DNA of 63,612 bases, filler included, from Licmophora abbreviata (GCA_900291995.1; 22 parts of 22 records of this genome joined end to end with filler, not necessarily neighbours in it), one strand, 5' to 3'; shown: positions 26,101-36,463, numbered from the whole stretch's first letter. Notes: generated by a model not told the origin, from the sequence alone. Program-made: numbers and translations.

Positions 26101-27258
26101 CACTCATCCCCCATGAACTGCCCCACCGCATGGGCCACCCGGCGGCAGCTTGGCTCGTCGCCCACGGTGATGCGCAGGCAGTTGGGCAGCTTGTAGCCCG
26201 CCACCCGCCGCACGATCAGCCCTTCGGATTTCAGATAATCGTCGCAGGCCTCGGCATCGGCGCGGCTTGGAAAGCGGGCGAGGATGAAATTGGCCATCGA
26301 CGTGTCCGAGGCCACGCCATGCCCGGCCAGCGCCTCGGCAAGCCAGGCGCGCATGCGGGTGTTGTCGTTGCGGCATTTCTCGGCCCAGGCGGTGTCGCGC
26401 ACCGCGGCTTCGGCGGTGACAAGCGCCGCCTGGCTGAGATTGAACGGGCCGCGGATACGGTTGAGCACGTCGATCACATGGCCNNNNNNNNNNNNNNNNN
26501 NNNNNNNNNNNNNNNNNNNNNNNNNNNTTAATTAATTAANNNNNNNNNNNNNNNNNNNNNNNNNNNNNNNNNNNNNNNNNNNNCAGACCGCCCAGACCGT
26601 AAAGCTTCGAGAAGGTGCGCGTCATCACGACATTGTCGCGTCGGTCCACAAGGCCCGCGCCGCCGTCATAGCCCTCTACATATTCGGCATAGGCGCCGTC
26701 GATCACCAACAGCGCCTGCGGCGGCAGGCCGTCGGCAAGCCGGGTCAGTTCGCCCTCGCCGATCATCGTGCCGGTGGGGTTGTTGGGGTTGGCGACGAAA
26801 ACCAGCCGGGTCCGCTCGGTGCAGGCGGCGAGAATCGCGTCCACATCGGTCACCCGCTCGCGCTCGCGCACCTCGACGGGGGTGGCGCCATTGGCCATCG
26901 CCCCGATCTTGTAGAGCGCAAACCCGTGTTCGGTATGGATCACCTCATCGCCCGGCCCGGCATAGGCCTGACACAGAAAGGCGATGATCTCATCACTGCC
27001 CACACCACAGATCACCCGCGCGGGGTCCACGCCGTGCACCTGGCCGATCGCCTCTCGCAGCGACGCGTGATCGGTCGAGGGATAGCGATGCAGATCGAAC
27101 GCCGCCTTGCGAAACGCCTCCTTTGCGGCCTCGCTCGGGCCGAAAGGGTTTTCGTTCGAACTCAGCTTGACCACATTGGTCAGCCCCTCCACGTGGCTTG
27201 CGCCCCCCTGGTAGAGCTCGATATCCATGATGCCCGGCTGCGGCGTGATCTTCGTCAT
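26100..27258 (-). CDS. hisC: Histidinol-phosphate aminotransferase (split by linker 26484-26583)
   Basis: [30 protein letters not shown]. Confidence 0.93.
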
Positions 27259-27334
27259 GATCGGTTCTCCTTGCCCTCGGTGTTCTAGCCTTGCCCCTGT
27301 GACTTGACCAGCCGGAAAAGCCCGATCCCGTGGC

Positions 27335-27369
27335 AAAGAAAAAGGCCGCGGCGGTTCCCCGTCGCGGCC
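27335..27369 (-). terminator. Terminator of rpsD
   Basis: GGCCGCGGCGG/CCGTCGCGGCC stem adjacent to an A-rich run (U tail on minus). Confidence 0.75.
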
Positions 27370-27392
27370 CTCCCAAAGATATCTGCGACGCT

Positions 27393-28013
27393 TTAGTTCT
27401 GCGCGTAGAATTCGATGACGAGGTTCGGTTCCATGATCACCGGATAGGGCACATCGGCCAGACCGGGGGTGCGCACGAATGTCGCAACCATCTTGGAGTG
27501 ATCCACCTCGAGATAATCGGGCACGTCACGCTCGGCCAGTTGCACGGCCTCGAGAAGCACGGCCAGCTGCTTGGAGCGGTTGCGCACCTCGATCACGTCG
27601 CCTTCCTGCACGCGGTAGGAGGGGATGTTGACCTTGCGGCCATTCACGCGGACATGGCCGTGGTTCACGAACTGGCGGGCGGCGAACATGGTCGGCACGA
27701 ACTTGGCGCGATAGACCACCGCGTCCAGACGACGCTCCAGCAGACCCACCAGAAGCTCACCCGTGTCACCGCGCTGACGCTCGGCATCGCGGAAGATGCG
27801 GCGGAACTGCTTTTCGGTCAGGTCGCCATAATAGCCCTTGAGCTTCTGCTTTGCGCGCAGCTGCAGGCCGAAATCCGAAATCTTGCCCTTGCGGCGCTGG
27901 CCGTGCTGGCCGGGGCCGTATTCGCGGCGGTTGACGGGCGATTTGGGGCGACCCCAGATGTTTTCGCCCATGCGGCGGTCGATCTTGTACTTGGCAGACG
28001 TGCGTTTGGTCAC
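27393..28013 (-). CDS. rpsD: 30S ribosomal protein S4
   Basis: [29 protein letters not shown]. Confidence 0.99.
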   Translation of the reverse strand: MTKRTSAKYKIDRRMGENIWGRPKSPVNRREYGPGQHGQRRKGKISDFGLQLRAKQKLKGYYGDLTEKQFRRIFRDAERQRGDTGELLVGLLERRLDAVVYRAKFVPTMFAARQFVNHGHVRVNGRKVNIPSYRVQEGDVIEVRNRSKQLAVLLEAVQLAERDVPDYLEVDHSKMVATFVRTPGLADVPYPVIMEPNLVIEFYAQN

Positions 28014-28154
28014 GGCTGATCTCCTTCTATGTGGTTCAGAAGGGCGTTGTCCTCTGCGTTGCGGATCAGATCCGGGCGGCCGACAGGCATCCCCTTACGG
28101 GGGCCACCAACACCAATGAAAGCGCGCTTATACGCCCGTCGGGTCCAGAGTCAA
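28014..28154 (-). promoter_or_regulatory. rpsD promoter and structured 5' leader
   Basis: TTGACT-N16-TATAAG (28154-28127); leader has a GUAA-capped hairpin and a CCUUCU/AGAAGG stem over the SD. Confidence 0.6.
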
Positions 28155-28188
28155 CCCGCCATGCCAGCTGATCTCGGGGCGGCCCGGT

Positions 28189-29256
28189 TCAGGCCGCCTC
28201 GTGCATCAGGATCGCCGCCTCCGAGGTGCTCAGGCAGCGCCGCGCGAACCGGCCATAGCTCTCGGGCCGGTCTTGCAGATCGGGCTCGCGCTCCAGCAGG
28301 CGCTTGCGGTCCCTCTCGCTCAGCGTGGACAGGGCGGTGCCTGCCGGATGGAAACTTTCGGTCTCGACGCCATTGGCCCACAGGACCTGATGACGCGGCA
28401 ACAACAGATGAATATACGTCACCTCGCGCGCCATGACATCCACCACCACGGTCCGGTTGTTGACCAGATCGCGCGCCGCGACCAGCACCTCCGAGGTATT
28501 GAACAGCGCCTGCGCCACCCGGCCCTTGACCAGCATCCGGTGCCCCGGCGACACCAGCAATTCGCTCTGCGGCCGGTCGATGCCCAGCGCACCCGCGCTG
28601 ATCCGGATCGGGCGCAGATGCGGCATCGCGAACAGGCGCGCGCCGCTCATCCGGCGGCTGCCGACCCATTCGATCGGCTGCGCGCCATCGTCCTTGGTCT
28701 GCACCATGTCGCCTTCGCGCAGCGCTTCCACCAGCCTCGGACCCTCGGGCGTCTCGATCCGCGTGCCCGGTGTGAAACAGATCACGCCTCCGGTTTCCGG
28801 GCCGGTGCCCGACAGATGGTCCATCCGCTCCATGGTATGATGCACCACCCACATCTCGGTATGGGCGGGCGGGATACGGTCCACGAACATCAGCAAGGGC
28901 GGCATGCCGCCCCCGATCTCGATCACCGTGATCGTGTAACTCTGCGCGCCATCACTCACCACGAAACCGCAATCGATCAGCGGGTCGTCTACGGTAACTT
29001 CGTTCAGATTTCTGGTATTGGTCTTGACCGCGCCCACCAGGCGCCGCACCAGCCGCGCAGCCCGTTTGCGACAGTCGATCTCTCCGTTTGCCCCTTCAAG
29101 CCGCAGTATTTCGCTCGGTCCATCCACCCTCACGACATCACCCCTCCAGGACCATGAGGCCCCGACGTTAAGCGTGTGTAAAGGAGCGGCGCTCAAACCG
29201 TCCACTTCCGTCTGCGACCAGGAGATGACAAACGCGCCACGAAAGCACGTACTCAT
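28189..29256 (-). CDS. Hint-domain (bacterial intein-like, B-type) protein
   Basis: VICFTPGTRIETPEG, VSPGHRML, TYIHLLLPRHQVLWANGVETES. Confidence 0.9.
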   Translation of the reverse strand: MSTCFRGAFVISWSQTEVDGLSAAPLHTLNVGASWSWRGDVVRVDGPSEILRLEGANGEIDCRKRAARLVRRLVGAVKTNTRNLNEVTVDDPLIDCGFVVSDGAQSYTITVIEIGGGMPPLLMFVDRIPPAHTEMWVVHHTMERMDHLSGTGPETGGVICFTPGTRIETPEGPRLVEALREGDMVQTKDDGAQPIEWVGSRRMSGARLFAMPHLRPIRISAGALGIDRPQSELLVSPGHRMLVKGRVAQALFNTSEVLVAARDLVNNRTVVVDVMAREVTYIHLLLPRHQVLWANGVETESFHPAGTALSTLSERDRKRLLEREPDLQDRPESYGRFARRCLSTSEAAILMHEAA

Positions 29257-29343
29257 TGCCTGTATAACCTGCCTTTAGTTTTTTATTATCTAAAGATATA
29301 TCAGACGGCTCACACTCTGCAAAGCCTGTAAACCCCTAAACAA

Positions 29344-30381
29344 TCAGAATTTTATTCCCAGTCGCACAGAACCAACAAACTGGCTCTCGCGCTGCGCTTT
29401 GAATTCCTTGTCCAGCCAGGTCAGACCATAGAACAGCTCGGTGCCCCCCTCGCCCTGCCAATGCGCCCCGGCCCTGACCCTCGTGCGCGCATCGGTCAGC
29501 TGATACCCCCGGCTCTTTGGCAGGAATTCGCTATGCTCCACATGCGCGATATCGGCGCCGAGGATGAACGACAGGCCCAGACCCTCGCCCGGTATCGTGC
29601 GATAGCGTTGCCCAGACACCGGATCGCGCACCATAAGGCCCCCTTCGCCAAGCGACCCGATCACCATGTCGGCGCCCACTCGCAGCAAGGTCTCGGCGCC
29701 GACGCGCCCCTCGATGAAGGGCCGGATGCGCACCGGCCCGCCCATGCGGTATTCGCGCCCGATCTCGGCCACGGCAGTTGGAAAGACCTNNNNNNNNNNN
29801 NNNNNNNNNNNNNNNNNNNNNNNNNNNNNNNNNTTAATTAATTAANNNNNNNNNNNNNNNNNNNNNNNNNNNNNNNNNNNNNNNNNNNNAAAGACCTCGT
29901 TGCCGATCTGGGCGCGGCGCACCTGCAACGATGGATCGGTGCCATCGACCACATTATGAACCGTCCGCTGCACATCCGTCAGACCCGTCTGCGATCCGGT
30001 CACCACCAGATCACCGCCCAGCGCGACCTCGGTCTGTCCGGCGTTGAAATGCGTGTGCAGACCGAAGGACAGCGCATTGGCCAGCGGGCGGTCGCCCGGC
30101 GCGGGCCTGCGCAGGTTTTCGGGCGCGATGATCTCGGCGTTCAGCCGCAGTTCCAGCAGGTCGCCCGCGCGCTCGGGCGCCCGGCCCTGCCAGTCGCGGC
30201 TCCAGACATAGCTCGCCGCCACCGATCCGGTGCGCCAACGGTCATGGCCATCGCCAAACAGGTCGTTGGTCAAAAGACGGCCATGGCCCAAACGGTCATA
30301 GCCATTCGCATCCGCCGCACCCGGCGCCATCACGGCTCCGCCCAGCAGGCACAGTGTCAAGAAAGCATAGACGGGGCGCAT
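29344..30381 (-). CDS. Outer-membrane beta-barrel, lipid A-modifier LpxR family (split by linker 29790-29889)
   Basis: Signal peptide; NDLFGDGHDRWRTG; DRP; C-terminal Phe. Confidence 0.75.
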
Positions 30382-30563
30382 CCCCAAGTTCCCTTTACCT
30401 GTCGCCCCCCCGGACGCGAACCTTCTAGCAGGGATTATTCCTTCCGGTGATCCCTTTTTCGCAGGCGGTCTGCTGGCTGTGACCATTCTGCCGCAGGCTG
30501 AGTGGGCGGCGCAACGCACGCCCTGTTCACAGGCGCGATGCTCCGAGCCAACACCACCCCCGC

Positions 30564-30596
30564 ACCGACGCGATACCGACGTTATACCGACGCGAT
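30564..30596. repeat. 3 x 11-bp tandem repeat
   Basis: ACCGACGCGAT-ACCGACGTTAT-ACCGACGCGAT, followed by a degenerate GCCGA. Confidence 0.8.
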
Positions 30597-30646
30597 GCCG
30601 AACGGCGTTTTTGCCTTTAATCAATGCGTTAAGGGTGATTCGCCCC

Positions 30647-31231
30647 TCACAGCTCCCGCAACCAGAATTGCAGCGCATGTTCGGTTTCGCCCGGCTGGTC
30701 GATATCCTTCCAGCCAAACCGCGCCACCGCCCCCTCCAAAGGCGCATAGCCCCGCTTGCGCCAGAACGGGTCAAGCGGTTGATAGTCCTCGGGTTTGAGC
30801 GGGTGATCGGCGGGCCTTACGACACTGCAGAACGCAGAATAGCGCCGCCCCATCGCCCGCGCATGGGCCTCGCGCGCATCGAAAAACGCGTGCCCGATCC
30901 CCTGCCCGCGATATCCCGGCAGCAGCACGCTTTCGGCGCAATAGAAAACCTCTTTCAGATCAAGGCCTTGCCCCTCAAAGGCCGCCGCGAAATCTCCGGC
31001 GTGATCTTCCATCGGCGTCCCCGTCGACGCCCCCACCAGCCGATCCCCGTCGAAGGCGCCCACCAGAATGGCGGCCTCACTGTCCCGGTAGGTCTGCAGG
31101 TACCGCGCCTCATAGGCCGGATCGCCATCATAAAGATAAGGCCAGGCCCGAAACACCTCGATCCTCAACCGCGCGACATCTTCCAGCGCCCGCGCCAGAT
31201 CGTCTCCGGTCAGCCGCGCGACGCGGATCAT
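30647..31231 (-). CDS. GNAT family N-acetyltransferase
   Basis: LRIEVFRAWPYLYDG; ESVLLPGYRGQGIG acetyl-CoA motif. Confidence 0.9.
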   Translation of the reverse strand: MIRVARLTGDDLARALEDVARLRIEVFRAWPYLYDGDPAYEARYLQTYRDSEAAILVGAFDGDRLVGASTGTPMEDHAGDFAAAFEGQGLDLKEVFYCAESVLLPGYRGQGIGHAFFDAREAHARAMGRRYSAFCSVVRPADHPLKPEDYQPLDPFWRKRGYAPLEGAVARFGWKDIDQPGETEHALQFWLREL

Positions 31232-31232
31232 C

Positions 31233-31627
31233 TCAGCCCCCAACCTGCCGGATCCAGTCCGCCAGGTTGTAATAGGTCACGACGCGGGTTATCTTCCCGT
31301 TTTCCAACGAAAAAACGACCCCGCCGGCAAGCGGTAGGTCTGCCCACTGGCCCGTGGCAGCCCCTCGTCGGTCTTGAGGTAAGTGCCGTTGACGATGAAT
31401 TCCGCCGCCGCGCGCGTCCCGCCTTCGGCGTCGAAAATGACCATATCGGTCAGCTCCTCGCGATAGCAGCGGTTCATATGCTCGCAGAATGCCCGGAACG
31501 CCGCCTTGCCGCGCCGCACCTGCCCTTCATTGACATGATGCGCCACATCCTCGTCCAGACAGGTCAGCATCCCCTCGACATCACCACGCCCAAAGGCATC
31601 GAAATAGGCTTTGACTGTTGAATTCAT
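31233..31627 (-). pseudogene. Ketosteroid-isomerase-related (SnoaL/NTF2 fold) gene with 1-nt frameshift
   Basis: MNSTVKAYFDAF...RLPAGSFF, then T6 run at 31310-31315; adding one T restores SLENGKITRVVTYYNLADWIRQVGG*. Confidence 0.75.
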
Positions 31628-32085
31628 TCGATTTCCCTCGGTTCGCCCCACCGGTCCTTGAGGTGAGAGATGATCTGGTCGCGGGTCTGCCGATAGGCGT
31701 CCATCTTGGCCTCGCGCGTCTCGCCAAGCCCGGTCGGGTCCATGATCGGCCAATAGAGCACATCCAGATGAAACACCCGCGTCAGCTCCAGCGCCCTGCG
31801 CTGGCTGGCCGGGCTGAGCGCGACGATCAGATCGAAAGACGACAGGTCATCGCCCCATTGCTCCATCTCGTCGAAACTGCGTGTGCGGTGCCGGGCCAGT
31901 TCGACCCCGATCTCCTTGCAGACCGCGATCGAGAAACCGTCGATCTCCATATCGCCCTTGACGCCAGCGGACTGGACGTAAGTATCTGACCCATAGAACT
32001 TTTTCATGATGCCTTCGGCCATCGGCGACCGAACGGCATTATGGTCGCAGCAAAAGAGCACCGATTGTGGAAGCTCTTCGGCCAT
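31624..32085 (-). CDS. Low-molecular-weight phosphatase / ArsC-like protein
   Basis: VLFCCDHNAVRSPMAE (CX5R), SAG, W.IMDP. Confidence 0.88.
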   Translation of the reverse strand: MAEELPQSVLFCCDHNAVRSPMAEGIMKKFYGSDTYVQSAGVKGDMEIDGFSIAVCKEIGVELARHRTRSFDEMEQWGDDLSSFDLIVALSPASQRRALELTRVFHLDVLYWPIMDPTGLGETREAKMDAYRQTRDQIISHLKDRWGEPREIE

Positions 32086-32091
32086 GCGGTC

Positions 32092-32571
32092 TCAGCCCCC
32101 GAAATGCAGGACGCAAATCAGCGTGAACAGCCGCCGCGCCGTATCGGTGTCCACATCCGCCTTGCCCTCCAGCCGCTCCTCCAGAATGCGCGCACCCTCG
32201 TTGTGGATGCCGCGCCGGGCCATGTCGATCGTCTCGATCTGGGCGGGCGGCAGGTTCTTCACGGCGTCGAAATAGCTTTCGCAGATTTGCCAGTAATCCT
32301 TGACCACCTGCCGGAACGGGCTGAGCGACAGATGGAACTCCGCCGCCGGCTGATCGTTCTCGGTGCGGATATCGAACACCAGCCGCTTGTCGCGGATCGA
32401 CAGCCCCACCCGGTAAGGCCCATCCGGCGTCACCCGGTCATCGCGCTTGGGCAGCGCGAACGAGTTTTCCTCGATCAGGTCGAACATGGCGACCTTGCGT
32501 TCCTGTTCGATTTCGGGCGTGGGGGGCGGCAGGTTGGCGTCATCCAACTCTATATGACAGATACGCGACAT
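32092..32571 (-). CDS. UPF0262 family protein
   Basis: EQERKVAMFDLIEEN, KDYWQICESY, IDMARRGIHNEG, TARRLFTL; follows hisD. Confidence 0.88.
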   Translation of the reverse strand: MSRICHIELDDANLPPPTPEIEQERKVAMFDLIEENSFALPKRDDRVTPDGPYRVGLSIRDKRLVFDIRTENDQPAAEFHLSLSPFRQVVKDYWQICESYFDAVKNLPPAQIETIDMARRGIHNEGARILEERLEGKADVDTDTARRLFTLICVLHFGG

Positions 32572-32575
32572 GGTC

Positions 32576-33880
32576 TCAGTGCTCGTTCAGATGGTTGAGG
32601 CGCGCAGTGACCGACAGTCCATGCGCCTCGAGGCTTTCGGAAATGGCCAGCGTCTCGGCCGCGGGACCGATGGCGCGCAAGGCCGCAGGTGTCATGCGGG
32701 CCATTGTGGTCCGCTTCACGAAATCCATCACGCTCAGACCCGACGAAAACCGCGCCGAACGCGCCGTGGGCAGCACATGGTTCGGCCCGCCCACGTAATC
32801 GCCGATCGCCTCGGGGGTCCATGCGCCAAGGAAAATCGCCCCGGCATGGGGGATCTTGTCGGCCAGACCTTCGGCATCGGCCACGCATAATTCCAGGTGC
32901 TCCGGCGCGATGCGGTTGGCCAGCTCTGCGGCGCGGTCCATGTCCCTGACGGTGATGATCGCACCATTGTCGCGCCAGCTTGCCCCGGCGATCTCGCGCC
33001 GTTCCAGCGTATGCAGATAGCGCGTGATCGCCGCCTCCACGGCCTTGGCCATCGCCGGATCGTCGGTGATCAGGATCGACTGCGCGCTTTCGTCATGTTC
33101 GGCCTGACTCAGCAGGTCCAGCGCGATCCAGTCGGGGTTGTTGTCGCGGTCCGCGATCACCAGAATCTCCGAGGGTCCCGCGATCATGTCGATACCCACA
33201 CGCCCGAACACCCGCCGCTTGGCCGCCGCCACATAGGCATTGCCCGGCCCGGTGATCTTGTCCACCGGCGGGATGGTTTCGGTACCATAGGCCAGCGCCG
33301 CAATCGCCTGCGCACCACCGATCCGGTAAATCTCGTCCACTCCCGACAGCCGCGCCGCCAAAAGGACCAGCGGATTGACCTGCCCATCAGGCGTGGGCAC
33401 CGTGATGGCCAGCTGCTCGACACCCGCCACCTTGGCGGGCACCGCGTTCATCAGGACCGAAGACGGATAGGACGCAAGCCCCCCCGGCACGTAAAGCCCC
33501 GCCGCCGACACCGGCGTCCAGCGCCAGCCAAGCGTCGCGCCGGCCTCATCGGTCCAGCTGGCATCCTCGGGCAATTGCCGTTCGTGATAGGCGCGGATCC
33601 GGTCCGCCGCCACCTGCAGCGCCTCGCGCTCGTGGCGCGGCACATCAGCGATCAGCGCATCGACTTCCTCGGTCGAAAACCGAAGGGTGTCCGGTGTCAG
33701 CTCCAACCGGTCGAATTTCGCCGTCAACTCGATCAGCGCCGCGTCGCCGCGTGTGCGCACATCCGCAATGATCGCGGCAACCGTGTCATCCACATCGGCT
33801 GACTCTTCGCGCTTGGCCCCCAGCAGGGCTGCAAAGCGCGCATCGAAATCCGGGCTGTCGGCATCCAGAAAAACGGGCAT
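32576..33880 (-). CDS. hisD: Histidinol dehydrogenase
   Basis: GLYVPGG, GPGNAYV, AGPSE, SQAEH, APEH, GDYVGGPNHVLPT. Confidence 0.97.
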   Translation of the reverse strand: MPVFLDADSPDFDARFAALLGAKREESADVDDTVAAIIADVRTRGDAALIELTAKFDRLELTPDTLRFSTEEVDALIADVPRHEREALQVAADRIRAYHERQLPEDASWTDEAGATLGWRWTPVSAAGLYVPGGLASYPSSVLMNAVPAKVAGVEQLAITVPTPDGQVNPLVLLAARLSGVDEIYRIGGAQAIAALAYGTETIPPVDKITGPGNAYVAAAKRRVFGRVGIDMIAGPSEILVIADRDNNPDWIALDLLSQAEHDESAQSILITDDPAMAKAVEAAITRYLHTLERREIAGASWRDNGAIITVRDMDRAAELANRIAPEHLELCVADAEGLADKIPHAGAIFLGAWTPEAIGDYVGGPNHVLPTARSARFSSGLSVMDFVKRTTMARMTPAALRAIGPAAETLAISESLEAHGLSVTARLNHLNEH

Positions 33881-33971
33881 TTTTCGTCTCCTTGCAGGCC
33901 GAACCCTTAGAACGAAGTGTGGCGCTTCACAAGCCACATGGGCCACCTCGCCCAATCAAAACACCCCACCA

Positions 33972-33985
33972 TTGACGCCCGTCAA
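33972..33985. promoter_or_regulatory. FNR/FnrL-type binding site
   Basis: Perfect TTGAC-GCCC-GTCAA palindrome ~80 bp upstream of the cytochrome c start. Confidence 0.7.
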
Positions 33986-34064
33986 AGCATGAAGGCCGAC
34001 GGATGCAAAGATGGCATTGGCAGACGCATCAGCAAACGCGCGACCTGAACCAAGGGAGATAAGG

Positions 34065-34463
34065 ATGTTTTTTGCAAAGCAACACGGACTGGGAATTCTG
34101 GCAGCCCTGACACTGGCGGGGGCCGCAATCGCGGACGAGACCGGCAAGGACGAATACATGAGCAGTTGTGCCTCATGCCACGGCGAAGCCGCCGACGGCA
34201 ACGGGCCGCTGGCCGATCTGATGACGGTGACCGTGCCGCCGCTGACCAATCTCAGCGCACAGAATGACGGGGAATTCCCGATGCTGACCGTGATCCAGAC
34301 GATCGACGGGCGGCAAGGCATCAAGGGCCACGGCTATCCCATGCCGGTCTGGGGCAAGCGGTTCCAGGCGGATATGTCAGACGCCGGACCCTATGGCCGC
34401 GAAGTGATGGTGCGCGGGCGCATCCTGTCACTGGCGCTCTATCTGGAATCGATCCAGCAATAA
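34065..34463 (+). CDS. Monoheme class I c-type cytochrome
   Basis: Signal peptide; CASCH; distal MPVWG. Confidence 0.9.
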   Translation: MFFAKQHGLGILAALTLAGAAIADETGKDEYMSSCASCHGEAADGNGPLADLMTVTVPPLTNLSAQNDGEFPMLTVIQTIDGRQGIKGHGYPMPVWGKRFQADMSDAGPYGREVMVRGRILSLALYLESIQQ

Positions 34464-34468
34464 CGCCG

Positions 34469-34939
34469 TCAGGGATCGTGGCGCGGCACCTTGCGCGACG
34501 GCGCGCGATAGGGCCGCGTCACGTCTTTCAACGTGACCTCGAGCGCCTCGATCTCAAGCCGGATCGCGCCATCCCCCGCCAGCGTCAGCAGCACATGCCC
34601 CGCGCCTTCCTCGCCCGGCTCGAAGGTGACCGACAGCAGGGACAGGATGGTGTCACTGTCGCTCCGGTCGATACCCTGGCTCGCCACCTTCAGAACATTG
34701 TCGATCACCAGAACCGACTGCACCCGTTCGGGATCGTGCCGCCGGCGCCCCTCGTCTTCCCAGCGAAACCGGTTAAGTAGCAGCGCAAAGCGCCGCTCGG
34801 CCGGGCGCCACGTGATCTCGGTGATCGGAAAGATCGCATCCTGCGCAAGCGACGACATCACCTGCAGATCGTCCGGATCGAGCGCGCCAAGGTTCAGCGG
34901 CGCCTCGCGGCCCTCTTCGAATGTGGCGTCTTGTGTCAT
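34469..34939 (-). CDS. DUF2948 family protein
   Basis: [37 protein letters not shown]; follows murA. Confidence 0.85.
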   Translation of the reverse strand: MTQDATFEEGREAPLNLGALDPDDLQVMSSLAQDAIFPITEITWRPAERRFALLLNRFRWEDEGRRRHDPERVQSVLVIDNVLKVASQGIDRSDSDTILSLLSVTFEPGEEGAGHVLLTLAGDGAIRLEIEALEVTLKDVTRPYRAPSRKVPRHDP

Positions 34940-36204
34940 TGCCCCGATACCCGCTCTATATGGGCGCCCACATTGCCAAGCTTCTCCTCGACCCTCTCAT
35001 ATCCCCGATCGAGGTGGTAGACCCGATTGACGATCGTCTCGCCCTCGGCGGCCAACCCGGCGAGGATCAGCGAGACGCTGGCGCGCAGGTCGGTGGCCAT
35101 CACCGGCGCGCCCTTCAGGCGCTCCACCCCGGTCACCCGCGCAACGCCGCCCTGCACGTCGATGCGGGCGCCCATCCGCATCAGTTCGGGCGCATGCATG
35201 AAGCGGTTCTCGAAGATCCGCTCTTCCAGAACGCTGGTGCCCTCGGCTGTGCACATCAGCGCCATCATCTGCGCCTGCAGGTCGGTGGGAAAGCCGGGGA
35301 AAGGCTCGGTGACCACATCGACAGCCTTCACCCGCCCATTGCCGCGCGTCACCAGCAGGCCCTTTTCGGTCTCGGTCACATCGATCCCGGCCTCGTGCAG
35401 CTTTTCGCAGAACGCTCCCACCAGATTCATGCGCCCGCCAAGGCATTCAACCTCGCCACCGCAGATCGCGGGCGCCAGCATATATGTGCCCAGCTCGATG
35501 CGGTCAGCGACAACCGGATGGGTCGCGCCATGCAGCCGGTCAACGCCCTCGATGGTGATCGTGCCGGTGCCCTCGCCGTCGATCTGCGCGCCCATGCGCC
35601 GCAGGCAGACAGCCAGATCGACAATCTCGGGTTCCCGCGCGGCATTCTTCAGAACGGTCGTTCCCTTGGCCAGCGTCGCCGCCATGAGCGCGTTTTCGGT
35701 GGCCCCCACCGACACCAGAGGAAACTCCACGATGCCGCCTTTCAACCCTCCGGGCGCGCGGGCATGCACATAGCCTTCCTTCAGCTCAAGCTGCGCGCCC
35801 ATCGCCTCGAGCGCGCGCAGATGCAGATCGACGGGCCGCGCGCCGATGGCGCACCCACCCGGCAGCGACACCACCGCATGACCATCGCGCGCCAGCATCG
35901 GCCCCAGCACGAGGATCGAGGCGCGCATCTTGCGGACGATCTCGTAATCGGCCACGTGATTGTCGAGCGCATGGCTCGACATCACCAGAACCTGCCCGCC
36001 CTGCAATTGCGTCACCTCGGCGCCGAGCGATTGCAGCAAAAGCGACATGGTCTTGATGTCACTCAGCCGCGGCGCATTGGTCAGCGTCAGCGGTTCTTCG
36101 CTCAGAAGCGTGGCGGGCATCAGCGTAAGACACGCGTTCTTTGCGCCGGCGATCGGGATCTGGCCCTTCAACGGACCGTTGCCCGTGACGATAATCGAAT
36201 CCAT
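34936..36204 (-). CDS. murA: UDP-N-acetylglucosamine 1-carboxyvinyltransferase
   Basis: [35 protein letters not shown]. Confidence 0.99.
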   Translation of the reverse strand: MDSIIVTGNGPLKGQIPIAGAKNACLTLMPATLLSEEPLTLTNAPRLSDIKTMSLLLQSLGAEVTQLQGGQVLVMSSHALDNHVADYEIVRKMRASILVLGPMLARDGHAVVSLPGGCAIGARPVDLHLRALEAMGAQLELKEGYVHARAPGGLKGGIVEFPLVSVGATENALMAATLAKGTTVLKNAAREPEIVDLAVCLRRMGAQIDGEGTGTITIEGVDRLHGATHPVVADRIELGTYMLAPAICGGEVECLGGRMNLVGAFCEKLHEAGIDVTETEKGLLVTRGNGRVKAVDVVTEPFPGFPTDLQAQMMALMCTAEGTSVLEERIFENRFMHAPELMRMGARIDVQGGVARVTGVERLKGAPVMATDLRASVSLILAGLAAEGETIVNRVYHLDRGYERVEEKLGNVGAHIERVSGQ

Positions 36205-36209
36205 CTGCT

Positions 36210-36377
36210 CTAGTCCTTGTCCTCGGGGGCCTCTGGCCTGTCCGCCGCCTCGTCGCCGGATCGGGCGCGTGCCTGCGCCTTACGTCGAGCAAGATTGGCC
36301 TTCAAGGCCGATTTCAAACGGTCTTCCCGGCTTTGCGCCACGGTTGCGGCCTTTTTTATGGGGTCTTTTGGGTTCAT
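36210..36377 (-). CDS. Small basic hypothetical protein (55 aa)
   Basis: [55 protein letters not shown]; purine-rich RBS; stop 5 nt before the murA ATG. Confidence 0.65.
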   Translation of the reverse strand: MNPKDPIKKAATVAQSREDRLKSALKANLARRKAQARARSGDEAADRPEAPEDKD

Positions 36378-36463
36378 TCTCCCTCTCTACAGCAGGGCTC
36401 AAAAAGCGTCCAGATTGGGCTTGCACCATTTGGAATTAGGGTCTAAGCACCGCGCCACACGTT

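Noticed and set aside
28189..29256. Canonical intein or homing endonuclease
   Set aside because: No LAGLIDADG/HNH domain, no terminal HN-C/S/T, no interrupted host gene
30617..30632. CtrA box
   Set aside because: Spacing is TTAA-N8-TTAA, not the N7 consensus
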